Below are positions 18,233 to 26,593 of a stretch of 32,000 bases of DNA, piece after piece. The stretch spans positions 3,270,001 to 3,302,000 of the forward strand of contig NZ_CP042911.1 of the NCBI RefSeq assembly GCF_008065095.1, in the 5' to 3' direction. The notes below the pieces were generated by a model, which was not told where the DNA came from, did no database searches, and saw only the letters and a program-made list of their open reading frames with translations. The stretch's first letter is position 1; each line of letters begins with the position of its first letter. A program made the translations under genes and the position numbers. Source of the stretch: Gemmata obscuriglobus. GTDB lineage: Bacteria > Planctomycetota > Planctomycetia > Gemmatales > Gemmataceae.

Positions 18233-19387
18233 TCAGACTTCCCAAACGCAGCGCACAAGTGAACACTGAGAACATAAAACGAGTGCCATTAACCGCCAGG
18301 ACGCGGTTAATGGCACTCGTTTTGACACTTTAGCAGCGAGAGTGCAGGGATTGGGGTTCCTTGCGTGGAACCGGCCGATTTTTGAGCCATCGCGCCGAAG
18401 ACCGCGCCCGATGGAGGCCGTGAAGGGTTTGGGTGCGTCGGGTGGCGTCAGGCGGCGGTGCTCGAAAAGCTCGGCCACATCCGCCTTTTGGCGCGTCGTC
18501 ATCCGTCGCGCCGGGGCGGCGTCCTGTTTGCGGGGGCGACCACGCTTGCGCGTGCGGATCGGCGCCAGGACGTGCTTACGCACGTGAGTCAACGCACGCG
18601 GGACGGCCTGATTGATCTCCTTGAGGATATGGAACACGCAGAGCGGGTGCGGCACGCCCGGCCAGCGTTGCGAAAGGACGGCCGGGTACCGCGACGAGCC
18701 ATCGGTGGTAATGCCCTGCACACGCTTGCCACGGGCGCCCAGTTGGCCCTTAACGTCCGCCCGAAAGATCCGGACATCGGCGTGGGTCGGGTCGTGTTCG
18801 AGGACACAACAGGCCAGGCGGTTGTACCGGCGGTTGTCCACAACTGAAAGGATGCAGAAGGGGCCGTCATCGACTTCGTCGATGGCCACGTAACCGGAGA
18901 ACTGCGCCAGGGCGTCGTCGAGGTAGGTGGTCCGACGTGTCGCCACCTTTTTCCCCCTTCGCCACGATCCAGAACCGGGTCGTGGCGAAGGGGACAAGAC
19001 CCGGTGATCCCGCCACAGATTCCAACTGGCGGTTTGATAGGGGAGTCCGTCCTCGCACACCAGGCGCACGGCCAGATCCTGGACGCGCCGGGTGTACAGG
19101 CACTTGGGGCGCGCCAGGTCCGTGAGGTCCACGGCGAAGCACCGGCCACAGGAGAGGCACCGGTGTCTGGAGAAGGTCACGACCAGATCGACGGGGCGTC
19201 CGGTGCGTGGGTCGCCCAGATCGTGCAACGTGCGGGTATCGGTGGTGCAACGGCCGGCCGCGTGGTTGCAACGCGGGCACCGACGCGAACGGACGTTACG
19301 TGTGCGCCGGTGGATGTGCGGTTGGGGGAGATCTTCGACCTGGGTAATCCCCTCAGTGGGGTCCGGAGTGTATTCGCCGGGAGCCAT
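18233..19387 (-). pseudogene. ISL3-like zinc-finger/DDE transposase, probably C-terminally deleted; ORF reads out through the IS end
   Basis: CPRCNH...RHRCLSCGRCF (zf-ISL3-like), YVAIDEVDDGPFCILSVVDN and GITTDGSSRYP...CVFHILKE (the first two acidic-residue motifs). There is no stop inside the element, so the last 34 codons are flanking DNA including the 18286-18333 hairpin. Confidence 0.55.
18286..18333. repeat. perfect 21-bp-stem palindromic element (loop 6 nt)
   Basis: aaaacgagtgccattaaccgc (18286-18306) is the exact reverse complement of gcggttaatggcactcgtttt (18313-18333). It directly abuts the IS end at 18334. Confidence 0.85.
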
Positions 19388-19466
19388 TGGCACTTCTCCA
19401 CAACGGTCCCTACGCCTTGTTAGAGGGTCGAACCGCCAATGGATGCAATCCCGCTGCTAAAGTGTC
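18334..19466. mobile_element. IS element (ISL3-like), 1133 bp, with imperfect terminal inverted repeats
   Basis: gacactttagcagcgagagtgcagggattgg (18334-18364) versus the reverse complement of ccaatggatgcaatcccgctgctaaagtgtc (19436-19466): 26 of 31 match and the outer 15 are perfect. I saw no target-site duplication. Confidence 0.65.
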
Positions 19467-19685
19467 GTAATCGTGGTCGATTTCAATCATCTGCTTGGAT
19501 TTCCAGTGTGCGGTGACGGTTCGGGGTAAGAATCCATCGAAATCCAGGCAAATTGAGTGCTTTTGCCCTGCACATTCGCCGTCGTCGCCTGTTTCACAGT
19601 ATTCGAGCCACTGTTCAACTAACTCGCAGACGAGTAACGTTTCTCCCGGCGGAACGGGGACTTTTTCACGAGTCGGGTAGCCCAC
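19410..19685 (-). other. small lower-GC ORF whose 3' end is replaced by the IS terminus (possible disrupted gene)
   Basis: ..GETLLVCELVEQWLEYCETGDDGECAGQKHSICLDFDGFLPRTVTAHWKSKQMIEIDHDYDTL runs into IS sequence at 19466. The start is uncertain (GTG about 19685 or TTG 19781). No recognised domain. Confidence 0.25.
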
Positions 19686-19777
19686 TCCAACTGAAAGCGG
19701 GCGTATCCCTGCTCCGCCTCTGGACTGCCGGGCTTGCCGAAATATCGCACGTGACGCTCGCCGGCCGTCTGCCACTC

Positions 19778-20023
19778 TCAATAGGCGCGATCAGTTGCCT
19801 TATGCGTTTTGAGAGTCGTGCACGGACGCGTTGGTCCTTTGACAGGCTTTACCTTTGGCCGGAATCGACGGTTGGGAGCAACCGTAACCGCCGCGTTCTC
19901 AGCCGTACACCCGAGCTTGAGTCTCGCGTTGGTGGTTGTGACGGGAACGCCGGTTTTGGCGGCGCACTGCTTGAGGGTGAGGGTTTCGCCCCGGACAGTG
20001 TACATTTTCGGCGGATTGGGCAT
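19778..20023 (-). CDS. small phage-like helix-turn-helix protein (hypothetical)
   Basis: MYTVRGETLTLKQCAAKTGVPVTTTNARLKLGCTAENA resembles a motif I recall from phage and mobile-element DNA-binding proteins: G.T.TL.EWA...G....TL..RL..GWS.E.A. Lower GC than the surroundings; next to the 3' side of a tRNA. Confidence 0.4.
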   Translation of the reverse strand: MPNPPKMYTVRGETLTLKQCAAKTGVPVTTTNARLKLGCTAENAAVTVAPNRRFRPKVKPVKGPTRPCTTLKTHKATDRAY

Positions 20024-20087
20024 GGAGTATCTCGGGTTGTGAGTTCCGAGATTACATCGGCACTTCCGTTCACGTCAGGGGAGTTGT

Positions 20088-20126
20088 GAACTCTCACGTC
20101 CCGTCAGTGATGGGACGTGAGAGTTC
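20088..20126. terminator. 15-bp perfect stem hairpin downstream of tRNA-Ala (possible terminator or processing structure)
   Basis: gaactctcacgtccc (20088-20102) / 9-nt loop / gggacgtgagagttc (20112-20126). It lies 52 nt 3' of the tRNA on the minus strand. No U-tract. Confidence 0.4.
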
Positions 20127-20177
20127 GAAGCTGAAGGGATAAATGACGCAACCCATGCTATTTGCAGGGGTTGCGAG

Positions 20178-20250
20178 TGGAGCGAATGAGAGTCGAACTC
20201 ACGGCCTCTTCGTTGCGAACGAAGCGCTCTACCAACTGAGCTATCGCCCC
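20178..20250 (-). tRNA. tRNA-Ala (anticodon CGC)
   Basis: Hand-folded cloverleaf: acceptor GGGGCGA/TCGCTCC with the G3:U70 alanine identity pair, D arm GCTC-AGTTGGTA-GAGC, anticodon arm CTTCG-TTCGCAA-CGAAG, T arm GTGAG-TTCGACT-CTCAT. 73 nt; CCA not encoded. Confidence 0.95.
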
Positions 20251-20364
20251 AATTTGTCTCACAAATACTGACATCGAAAACTAAAACAACCTCCTCCGAC
20301 CTACATAATGATAAAGGGCAAACGAGCTGCGGCAAGGGTACTTTTCAGGCAGGAGCCAGAAATT

Positions 20365-21331
20365 GGTGGTGTCCTACTTTTGTTGCACGGCCGGGAACGC
20401 CAGCCACTCTTGCAACGACTACACGTGATCGGTGAGTCCGGCCGCCAGCGCCGGGGTTCTCTCGCGCCAGCGGCGGTCCGCACCCTTGGCGCGCAGGGTG
20501 CGGACGGGCCAGCGAAAGTAGCGGGACGCGGTCGCAGCCCGGTGCGTGTTCCAGTCCTTGGAGAACGCATACGTCTTGCGGGCCTTGCGGCTGCACCGGT
20601 TCCGATCGGTCCCGTTGTGCCGCCCCACGAAGCACGTGTCACGACCGTGCTCACGACCGAGGCGGCCAGCCCGGCGGTCACCGCGGCCGCGGTCCCGAGC
20701 ACCACCCGGGTACTCACGGACATGACCCGATTGCTCTTCCGCTCCTTATGTACGGTCGCGCACATGACCGATGCCGGGAGTACCGAGCCTTGTGCGGGCG
20801 CCGCGGCACCGGTCCTCCGGGGCACCGTTCTTCTCCTCGCGGGCCACGAAGCTCCACTCCTCAGCGAGCTGGAGTTCGTTGGTCCGGGGGGGAAAGGGCC
20901 ACCAACTCGTCGTGGAGTTGCTGGGCCTGGTGCCCGGTCTGACGGATGTACCGGGTGACCGTGTCCCGATGCACCCCGACCAACCGGGCGGTCTTGCGGG
21001 TGCCCGCCCCCTCGGCCACGTGGGCCAGCACCGCGGTCACCGTTTGGGCCGACAGCCGGGTCCCATACAAGGGCGTGCCCTTGCGCTCGGAGAACCGGGC
21101 CTGGCACGTGGAGCACCGCAGCACCCGGGTGCGGTTCGGTCCGTACCGGGCCGGCACCGTCAGGTTACCGTGCCCCCGCTTCCCGTGGTCCGGGCAATCC
21201 GCATTCCGGCAGCAGAACCGACTCAGGTCGTCCATCACCGATCTCGACCCGCGCGAGGGAAAACACCACCGAACGGTGTAAACTCCTTGCCACGTATCAG
21301 CAGCCGCATGCAAGACGAACAGGACACCACC
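20365..21331. mobile_element. IS1-family element, degenerate
   Basis: Terminal inverted repeats ggtggtgtcctacttttgttgca (20365-20387) versus the reverse complement of tgcaagacgaacaggacaccacc (21309-21331): 18 of 23 match and the outer 11 are perfect. GGTG-type ends as in IS1. I saw no clear target duplication. Confidence 0.65.
20419..21235 (-). pseudogene. IS1-family transposase, frameshifted and internally deleted
   Basis: InsA-like zinc finger/HTH (MDDLSRFCCRNADCPDHGKRGHGNL..LRCSTCQARFSERKGTPLYG..HRDTVTRY). A frame break occurs at a C7 run (about 20886-20892), then TNELQLAEEWSFVAREEKN and a stop. The C-terminal piece is in yet another frame (RKTYAFSKDWNTHRAA...TPALAAGLTDHV). Confidence 0.65.
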
Positions 21332-21540
21332 GTCGAAACCGGAGGAGCTGGAACTGCCCACTGCTGCCCTCAAGCTCCTCAAAAGTGGTCGAATCGTGCA
21401 GACAGTAGAGGACCAGTTGAAGAAGGAAGGGAAATCAATGGGGCCGCGGTAGAGTTAGCCCGAGTCTGATGGGGGGCGGCTACCGCCTCTCTCTATCGGA
21501 TTCCAGTCGTTCCAGGTTCGAGCCACGGAACTCGAGTCTA

Positions 21541-21662
21541 TATTTCCCTGGGACCGCGGACGTCCCGTCCGCCGGTTGGGAGGTGGGGCCGTGTTGCGGA
21601 CCTTCAGCAAGCGTCCTCATCCCTCGGGCAGCGAACAGAACGTCCGCGGTCCCAGAGAAATA
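21541..21662. repeat. 122-bp inverted-repeat element (22-nt arms, 78-nt spacer)
   Basis: tatttccctgggaccgcggacg (21541-21562) versus cgtccgcggtcccagagaaata (21641-21662): 21 of 22 complementary. Partial pairing continues inward. Confidence 0.7.
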
Positions 21663-21797
21663 CCCACCGATTCCCCACGTGTCCTCGCTCAAAATTCGAA
21701 ATCACTGAACCGCTGTCACGCGCGCTCAGTCCTGCGTTCCGTTGCGGGCACTGCGAAAGCCGGTTCGGTGTGACTCCGATGTCGCGCCGGGATTGTG

Positions 21798-22583
21798 TCA
21801 GTACGGAGCGCGAATGAGCGCCCCGAGTAACGCCCCCAGTCGGTCAACGGCCAGGGCGGCGTTCGTCAACACCTCGGCGTGATCGAGCGCTGTCCCTCCG
21901 ATCCCGGCGGCCTTGTTCGTGACGCACGAAATTGCCGCCACTTCGAGCCCGCGTGCGGCTGCCGCTTCGGCTTCCAGCGCTGTGGACATGCCCACGGCGT
22001 CGGCCCCGCAAGCGGCGAGCGCGCGGATCTCCGCGGGGGTCTCGTAGCTCGGGCCGGTCAGCGCTGCGTAGAGCCCCGCGAGCAGTTCGCGTCCGCCGGC
22101 GCGCTCGTGCGCCCGCATGACCTCAATGAGTCGCGCGGCGTACGGGCGCACCGATCCGTCGCCGGCCGCCAGGCCGCGCCACGCGGCGGGGCCGAGGAGC
22201 TTGAGGTGTCCTCGAATCGCCATCAGCGCACCAGGCGACAGAGCCGGGTTGATGCCGCCCGCGGCGTTCGTGAGGACGAGGCGCCGCGCGCCGAGTTCGG
22301 CCGCGGTGCGCACCGTGCCGGTCACGACCTCCCAGGGGTGGCCCTCGTAGAAATGCACCCGGCCTCGAACGAGCAGGGCCGGGACGCCGCCCCACTCGCC
22401 GACCGCCAGCGTGCCGCCGTGGCCGTGAACCGACGGCGGAACCAGCCCCGGGACGGCGCCGAACGGCACCGCTGCGCGTTCCACGAACGCGGCGGCGGCG
22501 CCGCCCAATCCCGACCCAAGCACGACGGCCGCCCGCGGCGCGAGCGCCGCAGCGGTACGGGCGAACGCGGCGAACGCGGCCAT
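21798..22583 (-). CDS. purine nucleoside phosphorylase (PNP/MTAP family), complete copy 2
   Basis: 261 aa: MAAFAAFARTAAALAPRAAVVLGSGLGG..., HFYEGH, LTNAAGGINP, GPSYETPAE, GADAVGMST, ISCVTNKAAG. The start overlaps the upstream stop (TGATG). Confidence 0.9.
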   Translation of the reverse strand: MAAFAAFARTAAALAPRAAVVLGSGLGGAAAAFVERAAVPFGAVPGLVPPSVHGHGGTLAVGEWGGVPALLVRGRVHFYEGHPWEVVTGTVRTAAELGARRLVLTNAAGGINPALSPGALMAIRGHLKLLGPAAWRGLAAGDGSVRPYAARLIEVMRAHERAGGRELLAGLYAALTGPSYETPAEIRALAACGADAVGMSTALEAEAAAARGLEVAAISCVTNKAAGIGGTALDHAEVLTNAALAVDRLGALLGALIRAPY

Positions 22584-23335
22584 CAAACGCCCGCCAGGTC
22601 GTCGAGGTCGGTGAACGGGCTCGGCGGGCTGCTCTCCGCGATCTCCGCGAACATCTGCTTGGTCCGCACGGCCCAGCCGATGAACTGGGCCGCCCCTTCG
22701 ACGCCGAGCCGCTCGGCGTTCACCACCGCGTCGTAGGCGGTCGGGTCCGCGGCGTCGCGCGCGAGCGTGCGGTCGAGGAACAGTGCGCGGCGCTCGTCCC
22801 GGGCGCGCACCTCTTCGGCGGCTTCGGGCCGGGTGAGTCGGAGTTCCTGGGCCAAATACGCGATCCGCGCCTCGGTCGGCGCGATGACGCGGACGTGTAC
22901 GGTGGTCTCGGGCGGCAGCAGGAACCCGGCGGCCCGCCCCACGATCACGGCGTTCCCGCGGGCCGCGACCGTCAGCACGAGCCGGATCAGCGGGAGCACC
23001 TCCGGGTCCGCGTTCAACTTGTGGTCGCGCTGGAGGTGTTCGAGCTGCGCGTCGGCCCACGCCCGCGCATCGCCGGGCACGTCGGCCAACAGTTGCGCGC
23101 GGGCGTCGTCGTTTTGAACGAGGTAATCGAGCGTGTCGTGGTCGAACACCTGCCACGTGAGGATGTCGGCGACCTTTTTCGCGATTTCGGTGCCGCGCGA
23201 CCCCGCCTGCCGGCTGATCGCAACCGTCAGCCCCCGCGGGTGCGTGAGCGGGCCGTCCGGGGCGTCACCACGGAACCCGTGGACCGGTGCGCCCTGAAGC
23301 TCGAACGGGATCGAAACGGGAGACGGAGGGGGCAT
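22583..23335 (-). CDS. cytidylate kinase-like family protein (Cytidylate_kin2-type)
   Basis: TVAISRQAGSRGTEIAKKVADIL fits the degenerate P-loop-like ISRE.GSGG..IA motif of that family. Start set at ATG 23333-23335, 8 nt after the upstream stop. An alternative at 23383 would overlap that gene by 40 nt. Confidence 0.7.
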   Translation of the reverse strand: MPPPSPVSIPFELQGAPVHGFRGDAPDGPLTHPRGLTVAISRQAGSRGTEIAKKVADILTWQVFDHDTLDYLVQNDDARAQLLADVPGDARAWADAQLEHLQRDHKLNADPEVLPLIRLVLTVAARGNAVIVGRAAGFLLPPETTVHVRVIAPTEARIAYLAQELRLTRPEAAEEVRARDERRALFLDRTLARDAADPTAYDAVVNAERLGVEGAAQFIGWAVRTKQMFAEIAESSPPSPFTDLDDLAGV

Positions 23336-23343
23336 CGGTCGGC

Positions 23344-24417
23344 TCACACGTCGTCGCGGTATTCGGACCGGGAGAACAGCCACATTCCCAGCAGGGTGAT
23401 CGCGACCGGGGCCGCGAGCAGCACCGCCCAGGCGGTCTCGGAGGACACGGCCTGCGCGGTGATCGCGGGGAGCATCTCGCCGGGGTGCCCGGCCGCGACG
23501 GCCTCATTATACATCAGCGAGCGGGCGTAAAAGGTCAGGCTCAGTAACTTCAGGCTCCCGGGCAGCGCGGCGACCACCGTTTCGAAAAAGAACACATAGA
23601 CCAAGCCGATCACGACCGGCCGGCGGAACAGCGCGCCGACGAGGTGGAACAGCGCCGCGAACGCGACCGTGCCGGCCGCCGCGGCGGGCCAGTACAGCGC
23701 GAAGGCGGCGCGGCCCGTCGCGCCGCCGGCCAGGGAGACCAGCGCGAACCCGCCGAGCCCGAACGCGACGCACCACGGCAGCGTGCCGAGAAACTTCGCC
23801 AGGTATATGCCTCCCCGCGGGATCGGCCGCGTCATGACCCACACGAGCGAGCGCGTCTCCCGGTCGGTCCCGAACGCCCCGCTCGCGTACGAGAGGGTGA
23901 ACAGCGGCAGCACGAACCCCATGAACACCAGAAGCACGGCGAACCGCGAGTAGTTCATGAACCCCCAGCTCTCCCGGAGCGGTTCGGACCGGAGGGCCGC
24001 CTGCGGGATCGAGAGGAGCAGGGTGGTGAGCGCGTCCTCGGTGGGGTTCAGCGGGTTCGGCAGCTCGTGCGGCGGTTGCGCGTTGACCTCCGCCCCCTCG
24101 AACAGCACCTGATAACGGGCGCCGAGGCTCTGCCGCTCAGCCTCCTGGGTTGCCAGCGGGCGCGGGCCGATCATGGTGGTGACCGTGCGGCGCGCGCGGA
24201 GCTGTGTAACGTCCCAGGCGCCGTTGCGCGTGGCGAACCCGACCCACGTCACCACCAGCGCGAGCAAGCCGGCCGACACGAGCCCCATCTGCCGCATTCG
24301 CCAGTGCCGCTGAAAGCTCTGGACGACGAGCACGCACCAGGCGCGGAACGCGCTGGGGAGTGTGGAATGAGGAGCCGGGTGCAGGGCTTGAGCAGCGGAC
24401 TCGTGCGTGGTGTTCAT
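23344..24417 (-). CDS. ABC-2-like integral membrane permease (hypothetical)
   Basis: Start MNTTHESAAQ. One N-terminal TM helix, a soluble loop of about 100 aa, then five or so hydrophobic helices. Positioned directly after an ABC ATPase gene. Confidence 0.65.
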   Translation of the reverse strand: MNTTHESAAQALHPAPHSTLPSAFRAWCVLVVQSFQRHWRMRQMGLVSAGLLALVVTWVGFATRNGAWDVTQLRARRTVTTMIGPRPLATQEAERQSLGARYQVLFEGAEVNAQPPHELPNPLNPTEDALTTLLLSIPQAALRSEPLRESWGFMNYSRFAVLLVFMGFVLPLFTLSYASGAFGTDRETRSLVWVMTRPIPRGGIYLAKFLGTLPWCVAFGLGGFALVSLAGGATGRAAFALYWPAAAAGTVAFAALFHLVGALFRRPVVIGLVYVFFFETVVAALPGSLKLLSLTFYARSLMYNEAVAAGHPGEMLPAITAQAVSSETAWAVLLAAPVAITLLGMWLFSRSEYRDDV

Positions 24418-24472
24418 CGGCTCTCGCGGTGGTTGCTTCTGGCCCTGACCTCCCGGCTCTCCAATTCGCGGC

Positions 24473-25597
24473 TCAAGTCTTCCCGCTGCCGCCGAGCAGG
24501 TAGCCGAGGATCGCGTGTGCGGACTCGTCGAGCGGCTCGAGGCGCCGCACGTCGATCGCGTGCTCAACCGCGAGCCTTCCGAACGTCTCGAAGAACCGCT
24601 TGGGGTGATCGGCCTTCACGACCAGCGCGCCGGATCCGTCGGCCATGTTCGGCGCCACATCGACGGCCAGAACCTCCGGTAGGGCGATGAGCAGCCGTGC
24701 GACCGCGCGGGGGTTCTCAACGTCGATGCGGACGGAAACCGGGTGGTCCTCCAGCAGGTCGCGGATCTGCTGGAGCGTGCCCACCGCCGCCACCCGCCCC
24801 CGGGCCATAATCACCACATGGTTCGTGAGCTTCTCCAGTGCCTCCAGCTCGTGGCTGGAGATGAGCAGGCACTTGCCCTGCGCCGCGAGCGACTGGAACA
24901 GTTCGAGCAGCTCCTGGCGCCCGATCGGGTCGATCCCGGAAAGTGGTTCGTCGAGGATGAGCAGTTCGGGCTCGTGAAGAAGCGCCTGCGCGAGCTTGAT
25001 CCGCTGGCGCATCCCCTTCGAGTACCCGCGGAGCTTGCGGTCGGCGCGCTCCAACATGCCGACGCGCGCGAGCACGCCCTCCGTGCGCCGGTGCGACTCG
25101 ACCCGCGTGTAGCCGCACAGCCGGGCCATCGTCCAGACGAACCGGCGGCCGGACATTTCCTCGTAGAAGGCGTCCGCGTCCGGGCAGTACCCGACCAGCC
25201 GCCGGGCGCGCCAGTTCCACGTGTCGACCCCGCGCACGCTCACCCGACCCAGCGTCGGGCGGAGCTGGCCGTTCGCCATCCGGAGCAGTGTGGATTTGCC
25301 GGCCCCGTTCGCGCCGACGAGGCCCGTGATGCCGCCGGTCAGTTCCAGCGTCACCTGGTTGAGCGCCAGAACCGTTCCGTACCACTTGGAGACCTGCTCG
25401 AAGAGGAGCAGCGGCGCGCCGGACGAGCGGGCGGCGTGAGGCGCCCGTGCCTCGGTCTGTGCCTCGTGCGTATCGGCGTGCGCGGTCGGGACCGTTTCGT
25501 CGGCCACGTGGGGCACCTCGGCGTGTTCGGCGGCGCGGCCGGTTACCGGGGTGCTGACGCCCGTCGCTCGTCCCGCCGGCACGAACTCGTTGCTCAT
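24473..25597 (-). CDS. ABC transporter ATP-binding protein with His/acidic-rich N-terminal extension and C-terminal accessory domain
   Basis: Walker A GANGAGKST, signature YSKGMRQR, Walker B LLILDEPLSG, H-loop SSHEL. ATG lies 10 nt after the upstream stop. Confidence 0.9.
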   Translation of the reverse strand: MSNEFVPAGRATGVSTPVTGRAAEHAEVPHVADETVPTAHADTHEAQTEARAPHAARSSGAPLLLFEQVSKWYGTVLALNQVTLELTGGITGLVGANGAGKSTLLRMANGQLRPTLGRVSVRGVDTWNWRARRLVGYCPDADAFYEEMSGRRFVWTMARLCGYTRVESHRRTEGVLARVGMLERADRKLRGYSKGMRQRIKLAQALLHEPELLILDEPLSGIDPIGRQELLELFQSLAAQGKCLLISSHELEALEKLTNHVVIMARGRVAAVGTLQQIRDLLEDHPVSVRIDVENPRAVARLLIALPEVLAVDVAPNMADGSGALVVKADHPKRFFETFGRLAVEHAIDVRRLEPLDESAHAILGYLLGGSGKT

Positions 25598-25607
25598 CGA
25601 TCACCAC

Positions 25608-26540
25608 TTACGAGACGATTTCGACCGCCTGGATGCGCCGCCGCAGGAACAGCCCGCACGCGGCCGTCACGCCCGCAACCGCCGCCCACGCCTCCCAGTA
25701 GTCGGGCTGCGGCTGCGGGCGCACCGTCGCGGGGTCCGCCCCGAGGCAGCTCAGCCCGCACAGGTAGAGGTTGTTCCACAGGTCGATCAGCCGCCAGTGC
25801 CGGTTCTCGGTGGACTCCACCAGCCACCCCGAAAGCATCGGGAGCAGCGCGAACAGCCCCATCCAGATCATCGCCATCGGCACCGTGCGGCGCACCAGCA
25901 CCGCCGTTGCCACCGTCAGCAGCGACAGCGCGGCGGTGAGCACTGCCCCGTAACCGATGATACCGAGCAGCAGCGAGAAGTGGTCGAAGTAGTACGTGTG
26001 CCAGTCGTACAGCAGCCCGGCCTCGACCCACAGCAGCGCCGCGGGGAGCGTCGTGAGCAGGCCGATCAACCCGCCGATCGCGAGACACTTGCCGAGCACG
26101 TAGTGCCACCGCCCGATCGGCTTCGAGAGGTAGAACGGCAGGCTCCCGTGCGCGAAGTCGTTGCCCACGAGCACCGAGCCCGCGAGCGACAGCACGATCA
26201 CCAGGATGTAGCCCTGGTACCAGATGAAGTTGCCGAACGTGTGGTCCGTGCCGTTGAGCGCGAGCCGGTCGAGGAACCGGGTGATGTTGCGCGCGCTCAC
26301 GGGGATGCCGGCGAACCGAACCGACTCGGTGGCGAGCTGGTTCGTGATCCACACCATCAGGTACTGGGCGTAGAAGAAGAAGAAGAAGATCAGCAGCGCC
26401 AGCCCGAACAGGCCCCACATGAGCCGCCGGCGGAGCAGGAGCTTCAGCGACGCGCGGGCCAGCGCGGTCGAGGCGTACAGCGGCCCGAGCGGGGTCCCGC
26501 GCCACGGCCGGTAGCGGAGCAGGGTGTCGGTGTGCGCCAT
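25608..26540 (-). CDS. integral membrane protein, putative ABC permease component
   Basis: 310 aa with about 6 hydrophobic segments (e.g. GLFGLALLIFFFFFYAQYLMVW). Flanked by the two ABC ATPase genes. Confidence 0.65.
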   Translation of the reverse strand: MAHTDTLLRYRPWRGTPLGPLYASTALARASLKLLLRRRLMWGLFGLALLIFFFFFYAQYLMVWITNQLATESVRFAGIPVSARNITRFLDRLALNGTDHTFGNFIWYQGYILVIVLSLAGSVLVGNDFAHGSLPFYLSKPIGRWHYVLGKCLAIGGLIGLLTTLPAALLWVEAGLLYDWHTYYFDHFSLLLGIIGYGAVLTAALSLLTVATAVLVRRTVPMAMIWMGLFALLPMLSGWLVESTENRHWRLIDLWNNLYLCGLSCLGADPATVRPQPQPDYWEAWAAVAGVTAACGLFLRRRIQAVEIVS

Positions 26541-26593
26541 GGATGTTCTCGATCCGCTGCTGTGAAGCGAACCAGGGGTTCAGATCAAGGTTA

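Noticed and set aside
21500-21535. tRNA T-arm-like string ccaggttcgagcc, considered as a possible tRNA fragment or att remnant.
   Set aside because: No complementary stem (ccacgg does not pair with ccagg) and no other cloverleaf parts. It does not match the 3' end of the nearby tRNA-Ala.
18025-21797. Direct repeat of the tRNA-Ala 3' end that would delimit an intact genomic island.
   Set aside because: I found none by eye anywhere in the window, so the island idea is limited to a decayed remnant.
13415-22583. Detocs-like idea: a two-component system plus a PNP effector, as in a known anti-phage system.
   Set aside because: The PNP genes here are stand-alone housekeeping-type proteins with no receiver domain, and they lie 6 kb or more from the kinase and regulator on different transcription units. 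There is no Hpt-type middle component.
21798-23156. 452-aa version of the PNP ORF.
   Set aside because: The 5' extension overlaps the cytidylate-kinase-like gene out of frame and is Arg-rich nonsense. The PNP-like sequence begins at the ATG at 22583, which is coupled to the upstream stop.
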